The translations under genes and the position numbers were made by a program. Positions 52,833-64,000 of a stretch of DNA of 64,000 nucleotides are shown here, in pieces. The notes beneath the pieces were generated by a model. The model was not told the DNA's origin, ran no database searches, and saw only the letters and a program-made list of their open reading frames with translations. The stretch's first letter is position 1. Each line of letters begins with the position of its first letter. Source of the stretch: Octopus vulgaris (taxonomy: Eukaryota); the NCBI GenBank assembly GCA_951406725.2, contig OX597818.1, positions 40,486,001 through 40,550,000 of the forward strand. Direction: 5' to 3'.

Positions 52833-54287
52833 AAGATATTCTCTTGTATCATCAATGCAACTTGGAACAAACGGCAGGAGCAAAAGCATCAGTAGGTGCC
52901 GGAGTGGTTGTAATCTTCAGACAACAGCTAATGAAGGGAGTGTTCCGCGGTGTAGAGTGTATGTAAAATATAAACAAAGCTGTAGGTAAAAGATGGAAAC
53001 TTATATTCATTTGAAAGCCACGTTTCATTTAGTTATTATGCAATAGGATAAAATGTAACTCTACACATACTTACCTATAAAATTCATTAATTAAAAACTA
53101 CTGCTAAGCTGCTATCTGAAATTTACTGATAATGATTATATTTATTATCGCTCTTCTTCGTGTAGCTTTCTGGCTCAGTAAACTAATGTATACCTCTGTA
53201 GAAGTAGACAAATTTAATCAGATGACTTAAGGACAAGAATCATCTCATCAAAGTTATCAACAACATATTAAGGGTACCACAACAATATTTCTTACCTTTC
53301 AGGTCACGGCACTGAAAAGTCGCACCACACTGATTTCGTATAGAAGCGTTGTTCTGGCTTAAATTGTAGAAAGATAATTATATTATGTGACATCCGTAAG
53401 TTTCTCATCGGCAGTAACAACGTTCGCTACTTAAATTCATATTATTGACACACATTGACACACATACTGACCCTTAAATTTACGCATTGTCTGTCCTTCC
53501 TTCGGAAAAAAGAAAACAAAAAACCACGGTTCTTCTTTCCTTCCTGTTCTACTGACCTATAAAATGTTCTATTTTTTTAATCCGGTTACCGCTTCCTTCC
53601 TTTCAGTTCCACCCCACGCATATTCTTCAAACATATATTCCTTAGTTCCATTGTAAGCCTTCCGAAAATATGTGTTCACATATGTATTTGACATACAGTC
53701 AAACTCTCACATATACAGAAGGCACTTCTTTCTCCTACCAAAACAATTTGGTTGTCTTGCTAATTTAGATGTTACTGCGATTGTTGCAAATTTTACAGTC
53801 CGCGATAAGATGTAGTCTGAGTTTAACATATGAATGCGCCATGATGTCCCACTTAATTTTGTAATTCTACCTTTTAACACCTTATTTATACCCTTTTTGT
53901 CTGGAAAACCACTCATTACTTCTTTCTTCCCTCGAACAATCTTTGAAAGTACTCAATTCTTATTATAAACAGTGAGGAATATGCTTCACTGACACACATC
54001 TGTTCAAAAGTTCGAGTTATGCTCCTCACAACGGTTTGAGAATTTGTCCAAATTTAATACTATACTTGATGTACAGATTTTGAGGCTCACCAAACAATAT
54101 AAGACTTAATATGTGATATTACACAAGAGATAAACTTAAGTGTTTTGGTTCATTCTCGAAGCAATCATTTACCTCCGATGAAGTTCTCAAATTCAGTTGA
54201 AAGAGATGAGGCTCACCTTTCGAGTAAATACTTATCTGTGCATATTAAAATATTTTGAGTACATTGAAAATGTTGCAAGATGCAACG

Positions 54288-54500
54288 AAAATTTTAGGAA
54301 AATAAAAATAAGAAATAAGTGGAAATTTCACCGGTGAGTGTGTTAAATTATAAGACACAAAAAGAAAATGACTCCCTAGACACAACAGAATATGCTTCAA
54401 AATTTTGGGGAAATAAGAATAAGAAATAAGTGGAAATTTTACCGTTGAGTGTATTTAATTATAAGGCACAGAAAGAAAATGACTCTCTTCAGATACAAAC
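54288..54500. repeat. Tandem duplication, ~111-bp period, two copies
   Basis: aataagaaataagtggaaattt(c/t)accg(g/t)tgagtgt...aaagaaaatgactc occurs twice. Confidence 0.85.
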
Positions 54501-55481
54501 CAAATCCCAAAACGAAATATTTTTTCTATTTTTGGTTGACAACACCTGGTAGATAAATTTGGAATCATAAATATACTGAATATTTTTCTACTGGAATAGA
54601 TGGAAATATCTGTGTCCTTCTGAATTAGAAATCTCTCTCTAAAATACATCAGATGATATTTCGTAATCTCAATTTTGATCTTATTTGACCTCACTCAGAT
54701 AATAACCGATCTATCTGTTAAAAACGAGTTTGATATGAAGGCAATATCTGAATGTAGAGTAAAAATGCAGGGCGAAATATCGTTCGAAATTCTTTAGACT
54801 TTTATCGTCTATTTGCAAATCTGATAGAAATTATCTGAGTTTTCATGACAACACTACCCGATTTAAAAATTTCACACTCTGTGATTAAGTAAGAAAAGGA
54901 AAAAAAATCCATTAATATATTTGATTCATAGTTCAATATAACGACACCAACAATCTGGTATTTCCTCGGAGTGAAATTGCGATTCCTTTTAAAGGAAAAG
55001 AACTAATGTTTATCTCCCACAGAACAATGACTAAATTACATCCCAAGCATCGATTTCAATACATATTGAAACCGTGTTTGTTGTTGTTAAGGCAGTACAA
55101 AGTATAAGACAATAAAAAGCAAAAACTTTACACAAAACAGGCGGATGAATATGGCAATTATCATATGAGTGGTGTGCCTAGGTTTCACACAATACTAAAA
55201 GCATGCGCACTCTCTGACTACTACCATATTTTCTGTTTTGTTCTCCTTTCTTCCCTTCTTCTATCTTCTCTTTCTTTTCTCATCCAATGTACGCAAATAA
55301 CACTACTATACAAACAAACGTATACCCCTCATCCTTCGAGTGTCGTCCACTTTCATATTGTAAACACATACTATATTGTCATAAGCACACACACACACAC
55401 ACACACATTTATGCACATAAATATTAGTACTGCTACGTATTGATATTTGCCTGTTTGTGCCCATTAATATTTCTCTATCAC

Positions 55482-55930
55482 AAGGCGTCGAGCTGGCAGA
55501 AACGTTGGCACGCCGGGCGAAATGCTTAGCCGTATTTCGTGTGTCTTTACGTTCTGAGTTCAAATTCCGCCGAAGTCGACTTTGCCTTTCATCCTTTCGG
55601 GGTCGATAAAATAAGTACCAGTTACGCACTGGGGTCGATATAATCGACTTAGTCCGTTTGTCTGTATTTGTTTGTTCTCTCTGCCTTTAGCCCCTTGTGG
55701 GTAGTAAAGAAATAGGTATTTCGTCTGCCGCTACGTTCTGAGTTCAAATTCCGCCGAGGTCGATTTTGTAAGGCGGTAAGCTGGCAGAAACGCTAGTACG
55801 CCGGGCGAAATGCTTAGCAGTATTTCGTCTGTCGTTACGTTCTGAGTTCAAATTCCGCCGAGGTCGACTTTGCCTTTCATCCTTTCAGGGTCGATAAATT
55901 AAGTACCAGTTACGCACTGGGATCGATATA
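55482..55930 (+). mobile_element. Composite C-family SINE: head + unit + partial unit, then a second head + partial unit
   Basis: Second head aaggcggtaagctggcagaaac at 55770. Confidence 0.88.
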
Positions 55931-56633
55931 CATAGATACATACATATACGTACATATATACACACACATACACAAAAATATGTACATACATACGTTTGTA
56001 TAAAAGAAAACATTTATTTTAGTTCTATCGGCTTATTTCAATAGTATTTCACTGAAAGATGCTATGTAGACATTTATATAATATTAACCTAACTGTTTTT
56101 CTTCTTTTGTGCCTCGTTATAGAATTCAAAGCAAAAACACACGAGCCAAAAAAAAAAAACAAACAAACGAAAAAACAGGATGTTAAAAAAATATATGCTT
56201 TCACTCTATAAGACCGGTTCCGCCATATCTTAATGACCAAACAACGCTAGAGAACGAAGGCGTCAGGGAAAAGTAGGGTGTTGTTTGAGTTGTTTGGCTT
56301 GCATGACTTAGTAAGGGTGTGCCGAGGAATTGTATGGAGAGAATGGCTGGGAGATCTACAGCTGTTCACAAACTTACAAACAACCGAGCGTTTTAGTTGC
56401 AAAGCAAAAAGGACAGCGTCCGTCCATATTGGCGGGCAAATATTTAGCTATTCGTCTTTGTCTTATACTGATGTTGCTAATGTTTTTGTTACTGCTGCTG
56501 CTGCTGCAGCTACTACTACTACTGCTGCTGATGCTACTACAAATATAATAGCCACCACTACCACCACAAGCAACGCCAGTACTAGTATGGCCTCTGTCAT
56601 CTTAACTACAGCCAGCATTATTTCAACTACTAA

Positions 56634-57188
56634 GGGTGGCGAGCTGGCAGAAACGTTAACACGCCGGGCAAAATGCTTAGCAGTATTTCATCTGTCCTTA
56701 TGTTCTGAGTTCAAATTCCGCCGAGGTCGACTTTGCCTTTCATCCTTTCGGGGTCGATAAATTAAGTACCAGTTACGCACTGGGGTCGATATAATCGACT
56801 TAATACGTTTGTCTGTCCTTGTTTGTCCTCTCTGTGTTTAGCCCCTTGTGGGTAGTAAAGAAATAGGTATTTCGTCTGCCGTTACGTTCAGAGTTCAAAT
56901 TCCGCCGAGGTCGACTTTGCCTTTCATCCTTTCGGGGTCGATTAAATAAGTACCAGTTACGCACTGGACTCGATATAATCGACTTAATCCGTTTGTCTGT
57001 CCTTGTTTGTCCTCTCTGTGTTTAGCCTCTTGTGGGTAGTAAAGAAATAGGTATTTCGTCTGCCGCTACGTTCTGAGTTCAAATTCCACCGAGGTCGACT
57101 TTGCCTTTCATCATTTCGAGCATGTTACGATCGACTGGTCCTCTCCTCCGAAATTTTAGGCTGTGTGCCTTTAGTAGAAAGGATTATT
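56634..57188 (+). mobile_element. C2 SINE containing two C1 tail units
   Basis: Junctions at 56866 and 57050 (184-bp period). Ends in the C2 tail ccgaaattttaggctgtgtgcctttagtagaaagg. TSD attatt(t/a)caactactaa at 56617 and 57183. Confidence 0.9.
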
Positions 57189-57323
57189 ACAACTACTAAT
57201 ACTTCTAATAAAACAACTACTACATTACAACCACTTCAAGCACCTCCTTGTACCAGTACGGCTTATACTCCTACCACCATCTCCGACACTACTACTACTA
57301 CTACTACTACTACAACTACTACT

Positions 57324-57390
<67 letters not shown>

Positions 57391-57882
57391 ATTACTAATA
57401 ATATTTAAACAATTTCTTTATTTCCATATTTGTGTGCAGCTGAATTTGAAATTTTCTGCTTTTGGCCACAGTCATCTGGAATATCTCCAGCAACCAAGGC
57501 GAACGCTAGCTTCATCCTCTCCTTCTAAAATCTTGACCAGATTAAGACTATCGACGCAGCAAACCCTGCCTTCACTAACACAAGTAATATCAAGGGGACC
57601 ACCACCATTACAATAACCATCAATCCCCAGCACCAAGTCGAGCAATAATAGCATCTATAGCAGTAGTATCACTAAATAACTCACCTTCTCTTTCTCCGAA
57701 CATTCATCATCATTTCCACTGTAGCGAGACTTGAACCCGAGTCATCACATTACGGATTTCCAGCCACGACATGGCTCAACCCTGGTCGCGTGTGAGGCGG
57801 AGTTATTGACAAATCACCAGCCAGAATTCACGCGCTAGCTCATCTCAATCTCTCTGGTACTTTTCCCTAGTGGAGTTATCGT

Positions 57883-57998
57883 GGCACTCCGTCGGTTACG
57901 AGGACGAGGGTTCCAGTTGACCCGATCAACGGAACAGCCTGCTCATGAAATTAACGTCATCTGGCTGAGTACTCCAGAGGTACGTGTACCATTAACCT
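57883..57998 (-). mobile_element. Tail X fragment (B1/B2 SINE or partner LINE 3' end)
   Basis: ggcactccgtcggttacgaggacgagggttccagttga... Confidence 0.82.
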
Positions 57999-58609
57999 AG
58001 CCCCTCTCCCTCTCTGTCCGTATTTCTGTCTTTTTCTATCACTGTTTGTCATTCTGTCTATCTCTTTGTTTCTCTCTCCCCGCCTCTCTCTCTTTCTTCA
58101 TCCGTCTGATGGCGGTCAAGTATCCGAAACTAACGTTTGATTGTTTAACACTCTCAGAAATTTCACGTACTAAACTCCTGCATGAAATCTGCTATCAATA
58201 AAGTTTTCTTAAAACAGACCTTCATCAGTTTCCTGGGATTTCTAATTTTAGTAATTTCAGTATATATTGAGATATATAATGTTATCGAGTGAAAACTTCA
58301 AGACATATCTACACGGCCGTTTAAAATCAACATTCGTTCACTCATCTGGAACTGTACTGATGCTACACACACGAAAGTCCTTGATAGAATCCACCATAAT
58401 ACAAGAGAACCTCCATGTGGTCTCCTGATTTGTTAGAGATAGCAGTACAAAACTCTCAAATCACAACCTATCCGCTTAAAAATGAACGTATTAGATCATT
58501 TTGATTTAAACTATTTTCGAAAAGGTGGGATGATGATGTCTGCAATATCTTTTAATGAAGATTTACTCTGCCACAGATTATCTGACGATAAAACTGAATT
58601 AGCACCAAT

Positions 58610-58800
58610 ATTATTTTCTAATATTTGATGGGTGGGATAAATCGATTCCTTCTTCCCCAGTACTTGACTGATAACTTATTTTATTGACCCCGTAAGGATG
58701 ACAGGTAAAGTTGACTTCGGTGGCATTTGAACCCAGAATGTAAAGAACTGCAAGAAATACCGGCAAGCATTTTCCTCGACACTCTAGCAATTCTGTCAAC
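58610..58800 (-). mobile_element. SINE family C2, old copy
   Basis: ttgaccccgtaaggatgacaggtaaagttgacttcggtggcatttgaac. Confidence 0.7.
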
Positions 58801-58947
58801 TTAACATTTTATTATCCACTAATAATAATATCGAGAAAATTAAGAAGAAACTCACCTGGCAATGCAATCGATCATTAGTTCACACACCTGTCGGTTTCTT
58901 TTCGGTTTCTTTTACTGTAACAAGATCGATCTCCCCTTCTTAGTAAG

Positions 58948-59260
58948 CCGTCGGTTACGACGACGAGGGTTCCAGTTGATTTATCAACAGAACAACCTGC
59001 TTCGGGAAATTAAACGTGCAAGTGGCTGATCTCTCCACAGACATGCGTGCACTTAACGTAGTTCTCAGGGAGATTCAGCGTAACACAGAATGTGTTAAGG
59101 TTGGCCCTTTCAAATACAGCTGCTATTCATATTTGTTAGCTGAGTCGGCGGGAGCAAAGTAAAATGAAATGTCTTGCTCAAGAATGCAATGCGCCTCTGG
59201 ATATCGATTTCATGATCTACGATCGTGTGTCGAATACCCTAACCACTAAGCTATGTGTCT
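58948..59260 (-). mobile_element. SINE family B2 with tail X
   Basis: ccgtcggttacgacgacgagggttccagttg ... cgaataccctaaccactaagc. Confidence 0.88.
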
Positions 59261-59294
59261 ACTCTTAACTGAGCTAAAATCGTCCACATCCATG

Positions 59295-59516
59295 TACGAG
59301 GGAATGCTGAAAAGTTCCTAGTTTTTTAAGGTGTCGCGAAAGGCCTAATTGGAGGCCCATCCTTCCGAGTTCTTTTACAGGGTTTAGAAAAACTGAAGGA
59401 CTGCTTCAATAAGTGTGTGAATCTGAGAGGGGAGTATGTTGAATAGAATCATAATTAACTGATCCTTCTGTATTTTCTTTTATCTATAGCCAGGAACTTT
59501 TCAGCACCCCCTTGTA
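59295..59516 (+). mobile_element. Mariner-derived MITE
   Basis: TA-flanked TIRs cgagggaatgctgaaaagttcct / aggaacttttcagcaccccttg. Internal GLEKLKDCFNKCVNLRGEYVE* is a mariner transposase C-terminus. Confidence 0.9.
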
Positions 59517-61040
59517 ATGCACCCAAAATATCCTTCCTTATTCTCTCGTATGCTCCATGCACAAAGTATGCTTTTCCTGTCATTTCGCCACAGAAGTTCA
59601 CCCCACTGAAAAAATTATTTGCCTATATTTCTTCTGAAGGAATTCACTTACAGATGATCAAACTGACTACCAACTCCGTCGACGTCACCCATCGAGGTCA
59701 GGATGGGGTTACAATAATCAATGCGCTGCCTTACCTCACCCTTGCTCATTTATGGTTTTCTTTATATAGAACATTCAGACGTCTGCACTGGTTTTTATGT
59801 AGATCCACAAGTCGTACACAATTTTATTGTTATAAATTATAGCTTTTTTCCTTTTTTTTAAAGAAAAAAGGCAGATTGGAGACGAATATTCTGTATTGCC
59901 TTTCATGATTTTCTCAATACTTTCTTATAACACGGTGATGATATTATATATTTTTATGTATAACGGTGTGTAATTTATTCTATTCATTTATTTTCATTTT
60001 AAATCTGAATTTTATGAATTAATAATATCTTCTAAAAATAGGAAAGATATTAATAGACTTCCATTACTTTTATTATCACATATTACATTACTACCATAAT
60101 AAAATTTACTCAATATTTGACAAACTCAGAAACCAATACAACCAACCACCATCACTTCAATTATCTTTGTAAAATTAGGGAAAACAGCAAAAATACAAAA
60201 AAAACAACAAAATAACACAAAAAAACGATTAACATAGTTTACTTACATTTTATTTTCGTATTATTTATTGCAGTAGTGATGACTTTGCTAAGTTGGATTA
60301 AGTTTTCCTTCTTACTTTATATTTTCGTTTTTTCCTAAGGGAGACACTGTGTCTATTCAAATAGAAAATACAAGGTTTCATTCAAGACATGCACCGAAGT
60401 AATCAGGTTTCCAATTATCAACCCCAGCCCCAACTTCCCCCCCACCTCACCCCACCAGTGTTTGGATCTATTATTACACAAGAGCCGAAGTTCATTCACG
60501 CAAGTCAATAGGGACGCCTGAATCGTTTCGTTTCAGCATTTATCGACTGGTTTTCTACACTCGAAGGAAATGCCGGACGTAGGTCTATGTTCGCAGTTGC
60601 TGTCGGACAAGAATTTAGATACTGATGGAAGGAAAACAACCAAAGTTATGTCAATATTTACACTAAAATGCAAGCATTTATTTCAGTTGGTTTACAAGAG
60701 GGCGTTTGATCTGTCTAATCAAAACCCGGTCTCTTAATTGGCATTCTATCGAAGAAACTTTGAAAAGCATAGATTGGTCACGCTTAAACGGAATGGAAGC
60801 ATCTCAAAGGAAATTAAACTTGTTTCTCCATTTGATAACTTTTTGGCTCCATTAAATTCATTGTTGGTTTAAAAAGGAAGAAATTTCTTGTATTATTATT
60901 AGCATTGATATTATTATTATTTTTTTTATTTGTTTCCATTTTTGTACTTTTGGAATGTTTTTGCCTAATCTTAGAATGCTTCCAATTATTCAACATTTAA
61001 CCGTGGGATGACTCCTTACAAGAAAACAAATAATGATAAT

Positions 61041-61079
<39 letters not shown>

Positions 61080-61717
61080 CAGACACATATACACACTCAA
61101 TCTTCTCTGTAAATATCAGATGTTTATCAGAGTCATTCAGGAAAAATCGTTGTATTTGCAGAAGTAATATATTGAAGAGTTTACATTTACGATTAAATTC
61201 TTGTACAACATAAACTATAAGCTTGTTCAGTTTTCTTATCAAAACAACTTCCTGGTTAACGACAAAATAATAGCAAAATGTAGTAATAAAAAAAAAAACA
61301 ACCTAGTTCTTATACATTTGAAAATTTCTGTTTTTTAAACGAAAAATGTTATTTTCTTTTTTTTTTTTTTTCAAAAGGAGTCCATCTACTCAACAACAGC
61401 TTTTCAAGTATATCTCAACGTTTGGGTTTCAAACGCACATGGAATTTAAACATAAAGAAACGTGATTACATTTATGCAGTTGGCACTTCAGCATTATGGG
61501 ATGGATGTAAATATTTATCTTCATACGCACGCACACACAAACACATACACACACACAATACAAACATGAATGCTCCCCGTATATATTAAATAATGGTGAT
61601 GCTCTAGAGCAGCTTCAATTTGACGTCTACAAGGAAAATATAGGTATGGAGGGACTCTATGAGATTTACGTTCGGTAGAGGAATGATTGGAAAGAAGTTG
61701 AATGGGAGAAACCTGAG

Positions 61718-62130
61718 AGGTGAGCTGGCAGAAATGTTAGCACGTCGGGCGAAATACTTAGCGGTATTTCGTCAGCCGTTACATTCTGTGTTCAAATTCC
61801 GCCGAGGTTGACTTCGCCTTTCATCCTTTCGGGGTCGATTAAATAAGTACCAGTTACACACCGGGGTCGATGTAATCGACTTAATCCGTCTGTCTGTCCT
61901 TGTTTGTCTCCTCTGTGTTTAGCCCCTTGTGGGTAGTAAAGAAATAAGATTTCGTCTGCCGTTACGTTCTGAGTTGAAATTCCGCCGAGGTCGACTTTGC
62001 CTTTCATCTTTCCGGGGTCGATTAAATAAGTACCAGTTAGGCACTGGGGTTGATATAATCGACTTAATCCGTTTGTCTGTCCTTGTTTGTCCCCTCTATA
62101 TTTAGCTCCTTGTGGGCAATAAAGAAATAA
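61718..62130 (+). mobile_element. SINE family C1, head + two units
   Basis: TSD agaaacctgagag at 61707 and 62130. Confidence 0.92.
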
Positions 62131-62388
62131 GAAACCTGAGAGACAGACATAATATGGGCGATAAGAAGAGAGAACGGAACAAATTTGGTAAATGTATTAA
62201 GGTACGGTCAAATAGATATTAATTGAAGTTGCATTTAGTCCATGTTCAGTTGATGTGTTCTCAGTTAATGGATTCTCAACACTAAGAAGCGAGATAGCAG
62301 AGATGTTACAGCGTAATTTGTTCAGGCGCTATTCCCACCGAAGTAAACTTAGCTTTTCGGACTCGATATTATGCACTGGGGACAAATT

Positions 62389-62445
<57 letters not shown>

Positions 62446-62596
62446 CTCTTTCTTTCTCTGTCATTCTCTCTTTCCTTCTCCTTCTCTCTCGCTCTTCCGC
62501 CTCTCTCTGTGTTTTTCACAGACACTCCGTAGAAGTAGAAGAAAACGAGTTTCTTTATATCTGGGGTGAGAGGAACTTTGCCGAATTTAAAATTCT

Positions 62597-62747
62597 CAGG
62601 AGTGGCTGTGTGGTAAGTATCTTGCTTACAAGCCACATGGTTCAGGGTTCAGTCGCACTGAGTGGCAACTTGGGCAAGTGTCTTCTACTATAGCCTCGGG
62701 CCGACCAAAGCCTTATGAGTGGATTTGGTAGACGGAAACTGAAAGAA
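62597..62747 (+). mobile_element. SINE family A 5' half
   Basis: caggagtggctgtgtggtaag ... gacggaaactgaaagaa, then (CA)n. Confidence 0.9.
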
Positions 62748-62846
62748 CACACACACACACACACACGCACACACATATTTTAATACATTATTAAAATAAA
62801 GTCATTAACAGTGGCCAGCATACTAATAATACCATAATAGTTAATT

Positions 62847-62990
62847 TATATCAAAATTATAAGGGCGATGAATAATTACAATGCATGTCTGCTAGAAAGA
62901 GACCCCAAATGGTTTATAGACCATTTCGGGTCTATTTCTAGCAAACAGGTGTTGTACTTATTCATCGCCCTTATTATAATTTTAATATAT
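62847..62990. repeat. Long imperfect palindrome (~70-bp arms, minimal loop)
   Basis: ataagggcgatgaataa...tgctagaaagagaccccaaatggt / accatttcgggtctatttctagca...ttattcatcgcccttat. Confidence 0.88.
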
Positions 62991-62993
62991 ACA

Positions 62994-63270
<277 letters not shown>

Positions 63271-63273
63271 GTA

Positions 63274-63315
<42 letters not shown>

Positions 63316-63663
63316 ATCCAAACAAGAAAACACAACGCGAGGACGTGGAACAATTATAGTAATATTGGACGCTCAGGAAAGAAGGAAAGAAAGCAATACA
63401 TGTATACATACGCACGCAGTAACACACACACATGCTGTACACGGTGAGCTACTACACAGCCTCAACGAAATCCACTCCCAAGGCAGTAGTCAACCCATGG
63501 GGAAAACTAGAAAACACCAGACGAAAGTGCCATGGTGTGAGCATGGACTCGAAACCACATGGTTGCAAAGTGAGCCTCTTAACTGTACAGCTATTCTTTC
63601 GTTTGTAGTGTATTCACAATCCATAATACTGCAGGAGGCGATTCAGCTTTTATCCTTCTGGGG

Positions 63664-63856
63664 TTTACTCTTTTACTCTTTTACTTGTTTCAGTTATTTG
63701 ACTGTGGCCATGCTGGAGCAACGCCTTTAGTCGAGCAAATCGAACCCCGGTTTCTTTTGCTGAACCGCTAAGTTACAGGGACGTAAGCACACCAGCATCG
63801 GTTGTCAAGCGATGTTGGGGAGACAAACATAGACACACACACACATACACACACAC

Positions 63857-63857
<1 letters not shown>
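63664..63857 (-). mobile_element. SINE family A 3' half
   Basis: (tttactct)n, gtttcagttatttgactgtggccatgctggagc, ccagcatcggttgtcaagcgatgttgggg. Confidence 0.9.
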
Positions 63858-63896
<39 letters not shown>

Positions 63897-63899
<3 letters not shown>

Positions 63900-64000
63900 C
63901 CTGCTCGCTTATTCAGCGGGGTGGCGTCATTCGAAGGCTAAAACAATGCGAACGCATTGTGACCAGCGATGTGTAACAACATCTGATGGTCTGGTCGGTC
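63897..64000 (+). mobile_element. Probable retroposon 3' fragment running off the window
   Basis: GC-richer segment directly after (TA)n. Single copy here, so this rests on recollection of cephalopod repeats. Confidence 0.35.

Noticed and set aside
54640-54845. Short inverted motifs (actcagataat / attatctgagt)
   Set aside because: Too short and no TSD, so a MITE cannot be supported.
56278-56760. 160-aa ORF with Ala/Thr tracts
   Set aside because: Non-ATG start; it runs through trinucleotide repeats into a C-family SINE.

Overview
AT-rich, microsatellite-saturated eukaryotic DNA with no convincing host protein-coding exon, so most likely intronic or intergenic. The repeat complement looks like an Octopus (coleoid cephalopod) genome; this is inferred from my recollection of the repeat families, not from a search. 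Almost all ORFs in the track are translations of (TA)n, (CA)n, (TACA)n or (TAC)n tracts. The real content is transposable elements, and the family labels below are my own. There are several tRNA-derived SINE families (A, B1, B2, C1, C2, E) with shuffled heads and tails, and an older dispersed repeat (D). Dong/R4-type LINE fragments sit in (TAA)n tracts. DNA elements include hAT, mariner, pogo and piggyBac relics or MITEs, two non-autonomous Helitrons and a Helentron-like element. Several short Penelope-like inserts in (TA)n carry hammerhead-ribozyme motifs. Three things stand out. (1) A near-complete type I hammerhead at 5722-5822 whose stem II carries a 23-bp G-U-rich hairpin. (2) SINE C1 occurs as a head plus 1-3 tandem 184-bp units, forms chimeras inside C2 copies, and has TSDs that match the unit junction, which hints at a multimeric/circular template or self-targeting. 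(3) An internally deleted piggyBac that keeps an open C-terminal Cys-rich domain. Coordinates were read by eye and may be off by a few bases.
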